NCBI RefSeq assembly: GCF_900964775.1
Contig: NC_041806.1
Span: forward strand, 16,518,297 to 16,582,296
Origin: Scleropages formosus
Lineage: Eukaryota
Length of the DNA: 64,000 nt
Direction: 5' to 3'
This document shows, one piece after another, positions 25,691 through 40,500 of the stretch. The first letter of the stretch is position 1. The number at the start of each line of letters is the position of its first letter. Position numbers and translations under genes: made by a program. A model generated the notes under the pieces. It did not search any database and was not told where the DNA came from. It saw only the letters and a program-made list of their open reading frames with translations.

Positions 25691-28600
25691 CCCTCTTTTT
25701 TGTGAGGATCACGTGTCAGTATCAGTTCCATTACAGATTTATTTGGCAAGTTGGGGTATAATGGATTATTTTGTATAATAAAATTTCGTACCTGTAAATA
25801 TTTAAAAAAGTTTGACCGAGGTATATTGTATTTGCTTTGTAGCTGTTCAGATGATGGAAATACTTTGTCAATAAACATGTCTGAAAAGCTATAAATTCCT
25901 TTTCCAACCCAATCATCAAATATAGTATTTTTAAATGAGGGAGCAAATAAATGATTTTTAGTAATAGGGCTTTGGAGAGAACCAGCTTGCCAACCGAAAA
26001 ACCCACGAATCTGAGATCAAATCCTGAGTGTGTGCAAAACCACTGGATTATCCAATGGATCAAGACGCGTAGTAGGTAAAGGCGAAAACAGTAGAGCTGA
26101 AAGTGAAGAAGGATAACAGCATGCTCCTTCTAAGTTTACCCATAACTGGGGTTGTTTTTGTAGCCAGTAGGCCATCATTCTTATATTACTCGCCCAGTAA
26201 TAAAACTGAAAATTTGGCAATCCCATTCCCCCTTTTGATTTGGGCCTCTGCAATAAAGCCTTCCTTATTCTAGGAATCTTTCTATTCCAAATAAATTCTG
26301 AAATGATTTTATCTAGGTTGTTAAAAAAAAAAAAAAATTCTTTAAATATATTGGTATACATTGAAATAGAAATAAAAACTTATGGAGGGTGGTCATTTTT
26401 ATTGTATTAATTCTTCCTAACAACGAGATGGGAGTATGAGACCATTTTCACAAATCCTGTATTGTTTGATCCAGTAATTTCGAAAAATTTTCTTTGTATA
26501 AATCTGCAAAGACTTTAGTGACATTGATCCTTAAGTATTTAAACTGAGTTGAAGTTTTAAAGGGCAAGTTTTCAAAAGAATTTTGGTCATCCAAGTTGTT
26601 AACTGGAAATAGTACACTTTTTCCCATATTAAGTATGTACCCTGATATTTGTCCAAATGTTTTTAAAGCAGAGACTATCCCAGGAATAGACTTGGATGGG
26701 TCAGAAATATATAATAATAAGTTGTCCGCGTATAAAGATACCTTGTGCTCCCCTCCACCTCGAGAGACCCCACTATAAACAGTGGAGCTTCGCAGACAGA
26801 TTGCCAGAGGCTCAATTGCTAATGCGAAAAGCATCGGAGATAATGGGCAACCTTGTCTAGTAGAGTGAGTTAACACAAAGTAATCTGACCTGACATTATT
26901 TGTCTGTACTGACGACATAGGTGATACATACAGAAGCTTTATCCATGAAATAAATGTTGGGCCAAAGCCAAACCTTGACAGGGCCTAGAAGAGATAATCC
27001 CACTCGACCCTGTCAAAGGCCTTTTCTACGTCCAAAGAAATAAGTATCTCAGAATGACATCTTGAATGAGAGGAGTATATTATATCAAATAATCTACGGG
27101 TATTATGAGCCATTTGTCGATTTTTAATGAAGCCTGTCTGATCTTCATGAATTATTGTTGGGAGCACTTTTTCTAACCTAATTGCCATTATTTTAGCTAA
27201 TATTTTGTTGTCTATGTTTAGCAGACTTACCGTTCTGTGTGAGGCTGGATCAAGTGGGTCCTTTCCTTGTTTATGTAATAAAGAAATTGACGCTTGGTAA
27301 AATGTAGCTGGAAGAAGACCCTTCTCTAAAGATTCATTAAACACATCTAGAAGGAGAGAGGCAATATCTGCAAGAAACATCTTGTGAAATTCAGGTGTAT
27401 ACCCATCTGGACCAGGTGCCTTTGAGGATTGTAAACTACCTATAGAAAATTTAACCTCGTCCAGAGTAAAAGGTTCCTCCAATAACTTCCTATTTCCTTC
27501 ACAAATGGAAGGGATATCTAAATTTAAGAAGTCGTCCAAGAGTTTGCCATCTTTTGTTGACTCAGTTGAATACAGTTTAACATAAAATTGCCTAAATACT
27601 TGATTAATTTCTAATTGGTCTTTTGTTATACAACCAGAATCAGTGCGGATTTCCCTTATTAATTTTGATGTCTCAAATTCTTATCTGATGGGCCAAATAT
27701 TTTCCTATTCTGTCCCCATATTCATAATATTTATGTCTGGAGCGATTTATTAATTTAACAGTCTTGGCCGATGATAAAAGATTAAATTCCGTTTGCAATG
27801 TTATCCTTTTTGTCAGAAGTTCAGTAGTAGGGAACATTGCATACTAGTGATCGATTTCTGAAATTCATTCCATTAATTTTTGTCTTTCCTCTTTCTGTAT
27901 CTTAGTCCGATAAGCAAGAAGAGAAATAATTTGACCACGTAAGTAGGCTTTCAGAGCTTCCCACAACGTGAGATAATGTATTTTTAAGATGTGTGAGGAA
28001 GTATTCTGTGTGCTAATTTCTTGATATGAGAGTGTGAAAAAGAGGTGTTTGGTGCACAGTTCTGTGCCTTTCAGCAGATCTTCATTTTCCATATTTCAGA
28101 TTCTCTTCTTCTGACAAGAAGACGGACAGGAACTGCGTGGAGCTGTTTGGATTCAGTGAACAGATCCTCAAGTAAGGATGCACTGGACTCTCAGATCCAT
28201 TTACTTCCTTTTACAAGAGGTGTCAAGGGGTAATGGCACGCTAGAGCCCTGTAAGTAAAAGGCTGCATCCCATCCTTTGAACGTGCTCTGTAATAATTTG
28301 AACAGTGCTACTAGCTTGAGCACAGGTGGCATTTTCCTCTCTTCCTGTCTTTTCTCACATTGTCAGTGGTGAGTAAAGACAGGAAGTGGCTTCACATTTC
28401 AGCAAAATGACATGAATTGATAGATCGTGTCCACTGATTTAGCTAAATGTTGATTAACAGTCCTTTTCTTCTGGGTCTTGTACAGTTGTTTCCTCTTGTT
28501 TTCCTTCAGGTTTGTGGCAGAAAGAGGCTCTGCCAGACTTCTGGACCATGTGGAGCAGATGGACAAGATTCATAACATCCCACCCTCAGCAGGCAGCACA

Positions 28601-31054
28601 GAACAGGCTGAAAGAGTCCCTGCTCTCACCCCTATTCCTTCCACCCCAAGACTGAGGTAATCATGAATTGGATGCCGGAATTATAAATGCATTGATAAGT
28701 GTTACGCTAATCCTTATTTTTCTTTGCCAGATGTATTTGTTTTTGCCCTTTTGCCTTTGTTGAGCACCCTGTGTCACAGTGTGAGAGGAGCGCTCTATAA
28801 AAATAAACTGAATTGAATTAACACCACATGTTCGGAATCAAAGTGTTTGAAAGTCTTAAAGTCTGTAACCTGAGGAGCTACAGCTGCTTTTTGGTTTTTA
28901 TGTGTTTCATTGAAAGGTTCCTCTGTCCCCCCGACCCCCCCTTTTAGGTGGCGCGGGGTGCGAGTGTTTGTGTCCTCCACCTTCCGAGATATGCACGGAG
29001 AGCGAGATGTGCTGGTACGCAATGTCTTCCCAGAGCTTCAGCGTCGCGCTGCTCCCTATGGCCTTCACCTGCAGGAGGTAGACCTGCGCTGGGGCGTGAC
29101 TGAGGAGGAGGCGGGCCGCATGGTGGAACTCTGCCTGGCGGAGGTCTGTCGCAGCCAGCTGCTGCTCGGTATTCTGGGAGAGAGGTATGGGCTTGTGCCC
29201 CCTCGGCCCACCCTGCCAGAACTACCACAGTACCGCTGGGTAAGACTCAGCTCTTTTTTTCTTGCTCTCTGGATCACATTCTTTGGCGAGAAATTAATCC
29301 CACCCCACCCCGCAGATTGAATCTGCTCCTCCTCGTCTGTCCATCACTGAAATGGAGATTCGGCAGTTTGAGTCCCTTTACCCTGAGTCTGCAGAGAGCC
29401 GCATGTTCTTCTATTTCAGGTCACCCCACTTCTCCAGGTATCTAAAAAAGAGTCTTGTTTCCTGCTTCAGCTCGGGAGAAGAGCAGCAGTTTGGGCAGTT
29501 ATTATTACACGGATTATTAACAATACAAATTTTTAAGCTCTGTTCCAGTGGCGTGGCGGACAGAGTTTGCAGCAGAATCCAAGGAGTCAGAATCCAGGAT
29601 GTCAGACCTTAGAAACAGACTTGTGTCTCGTGGACTGAAAGTAAACAAAAAGTGAGATCTGTTTCATTGAATTTTAAATGATCTCAGGATTCTAACTAAA
29701 CAAACACTACTTTTAAAACTTGATCAGGAATCTTTCAGTTTTTATTAATATGGCCAAAAGTATTGCTTTTATTCACTTGTCACAATACATTCTATCTTTA
29801 CAGTCTATTTCTGATGATTAGTAGATGTCCTGAGTGAACATATTGTGTAATTGTTTTGTAGTATTATGTTAAATATTGAAAAATTTGGCAGCATGCTGTC
29901 AGGTTTGGAGTTTCAGCCTCTTGTTTACAACTGTAATTTACTGCCTGTTCAAAATACAGACGTTCATTCTGTTAGGAGTTAGTTGTTGTGGTGCATGTTT
30001 CTGCCTTCTGTCCTGTTGTTATGTCTTCCATTTAAATTTTTTTTCTTCTGTCCATCTCTCCACCACTCCCTCAGTTACCCTTGTGAGTGGGGCGGTGTTG
30101 AGGAAGGGAAACCTTTTGTCTCAGGACTGGAGAAGTTTGGAAAGATTGTTCTTGAAGACCTATGGGAGGCGCTGCTGGCACTCTTTGTGGAAGTGAGAAA
30201 TCTTGGGTGTTACTTTGAAAAATGAGAGCCAGATACCAAAGTTTTTTGTTAGGCCAATAAAAAATGTTGAGGTTCCCTTAACATGGCTGAAAAAATAGGG
30301 TTTTCCAGTAACATAGCCAAAATTTTTTTTCCTCCACATTCTAGTGGTATTTTCTGTAGATACTATAGTCTGTGGTATAACAAGAAAAATAACACTGAAG
30401 GTAAAAGTACCACAGATATTTATTAATCTGTAGTACCATATGAATAGTGACATAGTTCTAACAGCTCAACTTGGAACTGTTTTCCTTTCAGGGCATTAAT
30501 TGTTAAATGTAAATAACTATTAAACAGGTGTTCCTTTGATCTGTGCCACCATCAGAATACTTTATTAATATGCTGAGTTGCTTGTTGGATTTCAGCAAAA
30601 TCTTTTGCAGGGGCAACTGCTTGATGGAATAGGGTGGACATTTCAAACAGGCAGTCTGAATAACAGTGGTTTCCTACTAAACATTCTTGTATATAAATGA
30701 TTAATTAGCTTTAATCTTTACAAATACGTGTTAGCACAATTAGTGTATTTTATCAACATTGTAGAGCAATTATGAGCAAAAATGAAAAGAATTAAATGCG
30801 ATATCGATGAACAATGAAAATTCGTAGAAGTATAAATATATAAACGTATATACACACAGGGGGGTGCGGTGGCGCGGTGAGTTGGACCGGGTCCTGCTCT
30901 CCAGTGGGTCTGGGGTTCGAGTCCCGCTTGGGGTGCCTTGCGACGGACTGGCATCCCGTCCTGGGTGTGTCCCCTCCCCCTCTGGCCTTACGCCCTGTGT
31001 TGCCGGGTAGGCTCCGGTTCCCCGCGACCCCATATGGTATGAGCGGTTCAGAAA

Positions 31055-31087
<33 letters not shown>

Positions 31088-31487
31088 AAGGACCCAGTCC
31101 AACCCACTGCGCCACCGCACCCCCCCCTTAAACGTATATAATAGCGTTGTAAAATTCAGGATCTTTTCAAAACCATATCAAACTGACTTTAATGTGGAAA
31201 GTACTTGAGTATATTTAAAACCATATTTTTATTCTTTTTCATGAAATTATTAAAACGAACTTACCTCCTTTCGACATTGTTACTTGAGATGTACATTAGT
31301 CTATAAAATGCGTATTCCTTGGCGTGAGTGTTTGATTAACATGTAATTTTCATTTGAGATTTCCAGTGTATATTCAATTTTATTATGCAATTTATATACA
31401 AAATGGTCAAAACTCCCATCCGCTACCAGAAATGTGACAAGGTCTCAGTACTTCATTAAGATTGGCCGGGTTGTGGGAACTGCAACA

Positions 31488-31527
<40 letters not shown>

Positions 31528-34500
31528 ATTTGGCCTTAAATTACAAGTCGAAGTACAGCGTTAATTTTGTTAGTTATATGATGCTAGACTTAACATCCCT
31601 TCTGACATTCTGGGCAACAGCGTAATTAAAGGCAACTCATTACATGTGAAAGAAAATGACTGTGTGGTTTCTAGGAAGCGGACAAGACAGAAGCTGTGTC
31701 AGGGGTCACGGAACAGGAATTTTACCAGGATGCCCAGCAACGACAGTGTCATGGGCGGGAGAAGCTCATTGCTATTGTGATGGCAAAAGTTCAGGAAACC
31801 CTGTGCAAAGGTGGCAAGGGGCTGATCCTGGTGGAGGGTGCCCCTGGAGATGGCAAGACTGTGTTCATGGTAACTATTGCCTTTTTTGTGAACACACACT
31901 AAGAAAGGGACTGCTCATAAACCACAGACAATCAATAAAGACATCACTCATTAGATATGTGTAGTGCATTGTGTCTCTTGTATCCTTTTATTTTCACACT
32001 GGAAATTGGTGTAGAATAAACTTAAAAGATGTTGTACCAGCAAGGGGGAAAGTGGGTTTTTTTTTGTTTTATTGTACATCAGAAAACCTATAGGCCCATT
32101 TAAAACAGGTTGTGTGACATGTAGCTCAGTAAAATAGCCCTCTTGGTGTACTTTATTCCTCTGTATTTGTTTACGTCACTTGTTTGTGTCCTCATTCACT
32201 CTGTCTTCTACCTGTCAGTTCATTTGACTGCTTGTAATTCTACCACAGGCGGCACTGACTAATGCCTTGAGGACTGGCCAGTCCAAAGGAACTCACAGCT
32301 GTGATGTCATTTCCTATTTCACTGCTGCCAGCCAATCAGCTTGCAATGTGGAACAGATGTTGCGCTACCTCATCAGGTCACTGAGGGAAAAGTTGGGAAA
32401 ACCAGAGGAGGTTTCTCTCCCTACCACTTACAAGTATGTTAAGGGTGATGTGATGTGAATTAGAAGGAATCATACTTACTGGATACAAAGTATCCAAATA
32501 TCCCATTAATTAGGTTTAGTGTCTCGACATGTCTAGTCATAACAAACATGAAATACGCAACCTTAAGTGTTGTTTGCACTCAAATGTATATTACCATAAA
32601 ATTTTTGGCATTGTGACCTAAAATGTAATCTGATAAATTGATGAATGCTGTCATGATCTGCAATTATATTTCTGTAGGGATTTATTAGCAGAATTTTACT
32701 CTCACCTTAATTCCCTGGAGAAACATCAGTCATTGATCCTCTTGATTGATGGAGTGGACCTTGTGGAAGATGCCAAAGGACAGCTGATTTCTGACTGGAT
32801 CCCTCATTGCCCCCCTCCGGTAAATCTGCTCAAATTAGTCTGAATCAAGTAAAACATAAATAAATAAAGCTCAAAAGTCTACTCAAACACTTGTTTCTTT
32901 GATTCAAAGTAAGTCTTTTAATGTTCTGGGCCATTAGCAATGTTAGCAGCTTAAATGTAGTTTTAACTTGATGAAAAAATGTCTACATATCTTTTAAATA
33001 AATTCTGTTGTGCCAATAAAATTAGGTACTTTCAATAAGAATACTCATATAAATTCAAAAGGCCACAGTCTGCTAGGTATTAGAACTGTCTGCTTGGTAT
33101 AACTGTCATCGTGGTTCACACTAGTGCTGACTTTATAAGTTTTAAGTGTAGAAAGTAAAACCATTACATGTGAAAATGTAATTGAGTAAAAGTAAGAAAC
33201 ATTGATGTACTAAACTACTCTGGAATGTACATTTACTGCATTTCTGTAGTAAATGTAACTCGCTACTACCCATGTCTGGTCTGAAACACAACCTCCTTCC
33301 AAATATAAATCCTTTTTAGTTGCATGATTATGTGATGTCTCTTGTTCTGTTGTGTGTGTTTGCAGGAACGTACTTTTTATTGCATCTTTCTGTGCGTTCT
33401 GTATTGTTTCTTCATTCATGAGCTTACCTGCTGTCTTTTCAGGGTGTGTGTCTGGTTCTGAGTGTCACCTCCAGCTCTTCGCTCCGGCAAATTCTGGCTA
33501 AGAAAAAAGTGTCCGTCTCGTTTTCCCTGGGTCAGCTTTCACTGCCAGACAGGAGAGAGATTGTTCAGAAGGAACTTGCCATGTATGGAAAAAAACTTAA
33601 CGATTCTGCTTTTAACAATCAGGTTTGTTCTTTACTGCAAAGGGAAACCAAATGATTAGATCATATGTGGGATGTGTACCTGTATAAACAACTTCTGAGA
33701 CATTGTGTGCTTTTTACCATCTGAATGCATCTCTGCTGAATCTCTGTTGTGTTTTTGTATGCAGCTACAGATCCTATTGATGAAGAAAGGAGCAGTGAGT
33801 CCCCTCTACCTCTGTCTTGCCTGCAAGGAACTCAGGAGCTTTGCTGTCTTTGAAAAGGTCAGGGTCACAATACTCTTGCCACCTGCTTTACCTTATTGTG
33901 AAATGAATTATGAATTCCACAGGAATGCTTTAAGATCTTGCAGAGAAGGTAAATATGGGTGTGTTTTCAGATGAAGGAGAGCCTGCAGTCTCTGCCCCAG
34001 TCTCTCAGACAGCTGGTGCAGCACTGCCTGTCCAGACTCGAGTCCCAGTACAAAGAACGGGGGCTGGGCTGGGCAATGGGAGCACTGGCTGTCAGCAACA
34101 CAGGTGGGAAGAGCACTACACACATCAGATTTCATGCTCAGCTCATGCTCAACATGTCCAACTATAATGAACCTGGATTCAAGGTCTTCTGCACTGCTAC
34201 TGTGCTGCAATACATGCATTATTCATTTTGTCACATTCTGTAAATGCTGTCTGCAGGTCATGACTTCACTATAGCTTCAAACCTCAGAGCAGCTCTTCTA
34301 GTTCTTGCTGTCATACTGACATACTTTCTTGGTTGCCTTGCAGGACTCAGGGAGATGGACCTATACACCATACTGGCCATGTGCAGTGAGTTCTGCACAG
34401 GAAGTGGACTAGTCACATGGAGGGAATTGCTGCAGTCAGCCAGGAAGCCACAGAGTCATGTTCCCATGGCAGTTTTCTCTCAACTTACTAGGAATATACA

Positions 34501-37500
34501 GAGGTTAGACCAAATTATTATGAAATGTGATAATACTCCATATTCCAAAGTGCTATAGAAGTATTTGGATAGAGTTTTCTGGTTGGCCTAAAGCCCTTGA
34601 TGGAAAATATTGCAGCCTGATCGGCCAGTCCTACTGCCAAGGCCCAGACAGCCGTCTTGCCCTGACAAACCCTGAGGTGAAACTGGCCTTTGAGGAACTG
34701 TTCCTGTCAAGAGATGATGACAGGTCCAGAGCTCACAGCTTACTGGCAGGTGGGAGATGTAGTGCAGAGACATTCTCTTCTAATGTACATAATTTCACCC
34801 ATTTTCAATAATAGCAATATGTTTTATATCTGCTTTGCTCAGCTTACCTTTGGGTGCAGTGTGATCCTGAGGGCAACAGCACCTTTCTTCACTGTGACAC
34901 TGATGCCCTTGTTCACCTGCCTTTCCACCTGGTTAGTGACTTCTGCTGTCATCCAGCACCGCCAGCCCTCACCAACTTTAAACCAAGCTTCTGACTTTCC
35001 TCTGTATTAATGATTATATAATGTCTTATCTCCTGTTATAGATGAGCAGTGGCCACTGGGCAATACTGCATTCTCTGCTCTGTAGTTTTGACTTCCTGTA
35101 TGCCAACATACGGAATGGTCTCCTTCACCGCCTACTGGAGACATACAGTCTGTTTGGTGAGTCAAAGGTTCAGTTTGTCTTCCAGACACCCTTGTACACA
35201 GTTCCTCATACTAACACTTGAAAGTACAGTATGATTATTTATTAGAAACAGGAGTGCAAGGCTCATTTCTCTTATATTGTTGCAATCATGATAAAGTGAA
35301 TTATGAAATTACAAAAACTGCAGGTAAAAGGACATTGGACAATGAGCTGGAGGCTGAAGATTTCTCAGGTGAGGAGTTAGGAAAGTTGATTTGAATTTGT
35401 GGTTGTATGGCGTGGAATTATGAATGGCAGTACATTTTTTTTTTTTTTTTTTCCCCTTTCTTCCCCTCCCCCTTATGTTCAAATTGGTAGAAACTTTGTG
35501 TGATAATGCATCTGTTTGTTTAAGGTGTTGATTGCTTAATGTTTTCCTGTTTTGTAATGTGTGCCATGAATGTCAGAACTAGACTTATGCAGGACTAAAC
35601 CTCCTTGAGTGAACTGTTTAATTTTCAGTAAGAATTCAGAAAATTTGTAACAAGGTCAAAAAATTCAGTTGAAGAAACTGTTTTATTACTTTGTCTAGAA
35701 AATTCACGAAGTATTATTATACTTTTATAGGCACTGTCCATGGAGACCTGGAAGAATGCCACACCTTTCTGAAACACCATGCACATATCTTGTCCTCTTG
35801 GCCGGCCCTCTTTGTGCAGCAGGCATTCAATGAGCCGGAAGGTGGAGCTGCCCACACCTGGGCCAAAGGTGTTTTGGAACAAGGGCAAAAAAATTCTCCA
35901 AGAGGGGTACATGTTATGAGATGGCACAACAAACCAGGAAATGCCCGCAATGAATTCAGGTACATAATTTGTGTTAAAAATTCTGTGCTTTTGTTAGAGG
36001 TTTTCTTTAAATTACTAAAGCACACAGGTATTATTAGTTGTTTAGGGTCAGCAGTCAAACCTTGGGCAGGACATGAGAACTGCATGATTGGCAACTCTGA
36101 AGTGCCCACTGCTGTCCTAACTGAATAATGATGACCAGTTGCACTCATTTAAGGGGTTGGAGGATGGACAATAAAGGTGGCTAGCCTGAGGAGTTTGGAC
36201 AACAGTTTAGGGCATGGCTTGGGAGAGTTACTTTTAATTAGCTTTCGTTTTGACCTGGAAAGTTTGGTTCTAGTTGATTACTCAATAAAAACCAGTTTAT
36301 TTTAAAACATGCCTTGGTCCCCCCCCACCCCACGAACGGCCACAATATTTACACTCATCCTTAATTATTTTGTCTCTTGATATCTGGATTTTCATGTGTC
36401 TGATCCGAGATTATTAATACCACTTATCATTAATTGGCCCAGATTTTCTTCTAGTTCCAGTTTGTCACATCCAGCCTAAACATGCGATATTTGATTTGGT
36501 CTGATAAACTGAGACCACATTTGACAACTTTGCCAGCAGCTATTTGAGAGACCCACTATATTGTGGGAGCCACATTCCCAGACTCCCAAGATGCTTCCTG
36601 CTTTCTGCACTCTACATTCTTAGCTGCATACTTTTTTTTGGCTTGCATTCTGTATTTTGCTCCCTTGTGCTTCAGTTGGCTAATAATTGATATATTTCAA
36701 TGTCACGTATGACCTTCACCTTATTTGAGCCAGTTAATGCCTACTGTCATGGTATGTTAATTTTATTAAATCTTAATTTGTTAATCTATTTTAAAGATCT
36801 AAAATTAAAAATTTCCTTTAGTACAAGATAACAGGGAATAAGTGTATAAAGCCAAAATTGTGAAGATATGTGAGTGGGTCATAACACATGTACACATACA
36901 TGCCATGTTTCAACTGTCTGCAGTGAACTGGTGTCCACCTTTCTGTCCAAACCCACCTGTGTGGCCTTGAGTCCTACAGGCAGGACCTCGGTTGTAGGCA
37001 CTGGAAAGGGTTCCCTTCATATCCTGCACATGGCAACTGGGCAGGTATGTTATTGCTTCTTTTGTTGTCTTTCCAGAACACATCCCAACATTCATATATG
37101 TCAAAAGTGTCTTTCGCATCATAAGGATTTTCATAATTGAAGAGAATAAAAATTTTGGGCCGTAATATGTCTGGTGTTTACAGGAAGTAAGACTGCTCTT
37201 TAGCAGCTGTGATGGCATATCTGGTTGTATTTTCCTGGAAGAGGGGCTTCTTGGTTCAACATCATTTAATGGAAAGATAGAAATGTGGGACACTGACAGT
37301 GGTTGTAGGTAAGATTGGTTTGCACATGCTCAATCTGAAATTAACAATGTATTACAGAATCATGCATGTATACTCAATCGTGTCAACTTTTTTTTGACTA
37401 ACATTTAATTTGAATATTCTTTTTTGTTTTGCAAGGACTGCTTGTATTGATGCCCATTCCAGCAATATCACAGGAAGTGATGTCAGTGCAGACAGAAAGC

Positions 37501-40500
37501 ACTTTGCAACAGTCTCTTTGGATACGAAGCTGAAGGTTTGGCTTAAGGGAGCAATTCTTATATGGATTCTGAAATACAGGCTTGTCTTGCATGAGGGGCA
37601 TAATTTGTTCTTGAACTCTGCTACCATAAGTGCAAGGAGAAAGATAAATAACGTTTATCCAGGCATGCAGAATCCTTACCTTATCTTTTAAACACATAGG
37701 AAATCTAATTTATATGATATATTAACAATATATTAATACGAAAGGTAAAGCACAGAGGTTCTCGGTTCTGGCTCCACTGTGGTGGAATGACCTTCCCCTC
37801 TCACTCAGAACTGCAGAAACTTTGTCTACATTCAAGAAGGGTCTGAAAACTTACCTTTTCCAGACCCATTTCGCCCAGGATCTCTCCATCTCATGTGTGG
37901 TGTAAAAGTTGATGCACCATAGCTTCGTGATGTTCCCCAGATAGGCCTTTACACAGCCGTTACTCCGGCATTGTATGTGATTATTAGTTTGTGTACCTTA
38001 TTCTTAAAAAAAAAAAAATTGGTAGGAGGTCATCAGGATTCATCTATCCTGCGTTTTATGCGCCTACTCGAGCGATGAACATCGGTGCATCAAGTGGATA
38101 GTAACAGACTAGGTTTGCTTAAGAGTCACATGTCTGTAGCCATGTCTCTTTCTCTTAATGTAATGCACAAATTGTAGTTTTGCTGAGATGTACGTCGCTT
38201 TGGACAAAAGTGTCTGCTAAATTCATAAACGTAAATGTAAATGTAATTGAAAACCATGTCCAGAATATCAAAACTACTACACCTTTAAATTCAGACTTAA
38301 TGCCCACAGGTTTAAATTGGCTTATACACAACAACTGCACAGTAATACTCTTCCTTTTCTACCCCATGTCATGTACATTACTATGATTTTTCTCTTCATT
38401 GTTTTATTTTGTTGCTCTTGGGTGGCGCAGTAGGTAGCACTAATCCCTCACTGCTCCTGGTCTATGGGTTTGCATGTAGTTTTAAATCTGGCTTAGTCTG
38501 CAGTGTTTATATCTTTTGCCTGTGTTGGTGTGAGTTTACATTTATTCAGTGTGCAGATGCTTTAGCCCAACACCCAACTTGACAAAAACAGATGCGCATT
38601 TCATAATAGAGACATGGGTACAGAAACACAATTCTCAAAGTGCAGTCAGTACAGCACAGTACAATTTGACGGATGTAAACTGGTATACATTACATGGGTA
38701 GCTCCATATACAGTTGTTTTGAGACCCTTGTGGAATGTTGAGAGGGATTCAGCGGTTTTGAGTGAGAATTATAAAAATTCCCCATTTATAGCTGTCGATT
38801 CTTATGTTCGCCTAAAGACAGTTCAATATGCACACCTTGCTGACATCGAGACACCTCAAAAGGTACTTGTCTGGAACATGTTAGTTGTCAGATATCTCTT
38901 ATGACTCACAAGTAACTCTTGAAATCTTGTAGCTCTTTACCATCAACCTTTTTTTTTTTTTTTTTTTTTTTTGCCAAGAGGCGCAATTATTATCGTGAGC
39001 TGATTTGTAGGCCTGTGTAGAAATTGCAGTGAGAGCGTGAATAGCACACACAGACTGTCTGAAATTGCTTGTCCTGAGCGGGGTCGCGGTGAACCGGAGC
39101 CTAACCCTGCAACACATGGTGCAAGGCTGGAGGGGGAGGGGACACACCCCAGATGGGACACCAGACTGCCACGAGGCACCCCAAGCAGGACTTGAACCCC
39201 AGACCCACCAGAAAGCAGGCATAGGTCATGCCCACTGTGCCACCACACCCCCCTCCGAGTGAATCGGAGATGTCTAAATTGAAAAATTATAGTTTTAGTG
39301 TAAAATGGAGCAAAAGTAATTGTTTTAAGTGCTACATTTTCTTTGTGCTTAAAGGATAAGGCAGGAATTCTCCATATGTATATATTTTCTACATTTGAAT
39401 GGAAATGAGGAGTTCTTGGTATGAGCATTCTCTTTGCAGACAGATCTTCCAAAATGGTTTTTTCTGGTTATGCAATGATAGCTGTTCTGCTCTGTTGGTT
39501 TTTTATGATTATTGCTATACAACAATATTTTTGGTTTCACATATTGTCCTAGGTGTGGGCATCTCCAAAGGGAACCCTTGCTGCCACACTCATAAACCCC
39601 TGTCCTCTCAATTGTGTGGCTTTTCATCCCGAGGGTCATATTCTGGCACTTGGCTGTTGGGATGGTTGTGTACGGCTCTGCAACTGGCTCAGTGGGGAGA
39701 TGGTTGTGGTAAGTTCCACTGGAATGGAATAGGAATCCTCTGTGAGATGAGCTGAATGTGCTGTACAGTGAAATAAGTGAATGTATAGTTATATTTTTCA
39801 TGTTCATAAAAAATTGGTTAAGCTGTCACCTTTTTTTTCCTTGCTTTATTTTTTCCTGATCTCTCTCAGGCTTTGTCTGGTCATCAGCAGTCTGTGCGCA
39901 GCCTGTCCTTTTCTCTCTCCTCCTCTCTGCTCTCCTCTGGCTCTCTGTCTGGGGAGGTAAGGCTGTGGTCTGTTCCCACCTCATCCTGTGTGGGGTGCTA
40001 TCAGGCTCACAAGGGATCTGCAGAAGTGCTGAGCTTCATGCAGGAAGGAAGACTGCTGTTGAGTGCTGGATCTGACAGCATGGTAAGATAAATATAACAC
40101 TGAATGATGAACAGTTGTATGATTTTCACACACCTTGCTGTAGATGCTGTGGTTTTGCAGAAGCAGTGTGTGTATAAAGGTTTCTAGCTATGATTAAATG
40201 TATAATTTTCCAGTTTCTCTTCCTTTCTTCCTTCGTCAGGTCAAGTTGTGGTCAGGGAGTCTTGGGTTTTCAGTGGGTCAGCTGGGAGGAGTAAAGGTAG
40301 ATCCAGTTTACCAGTCTGTACTGATACCTTTATATTGTTTCAGTTTGTTGTGTATGACTTTAGTTTGTTTGTTTGTTCCTCAGACGCAGACAGATTCATA
40401 CTGGTTCCCTGAAGTAAAATCCCCAGCCCTCTGTGTAGCTGTTGCTGGGGTCTATGCAGCTGTAGGTTACCATGGTGATGGCCTCCAGCTGTTTTCTGTG

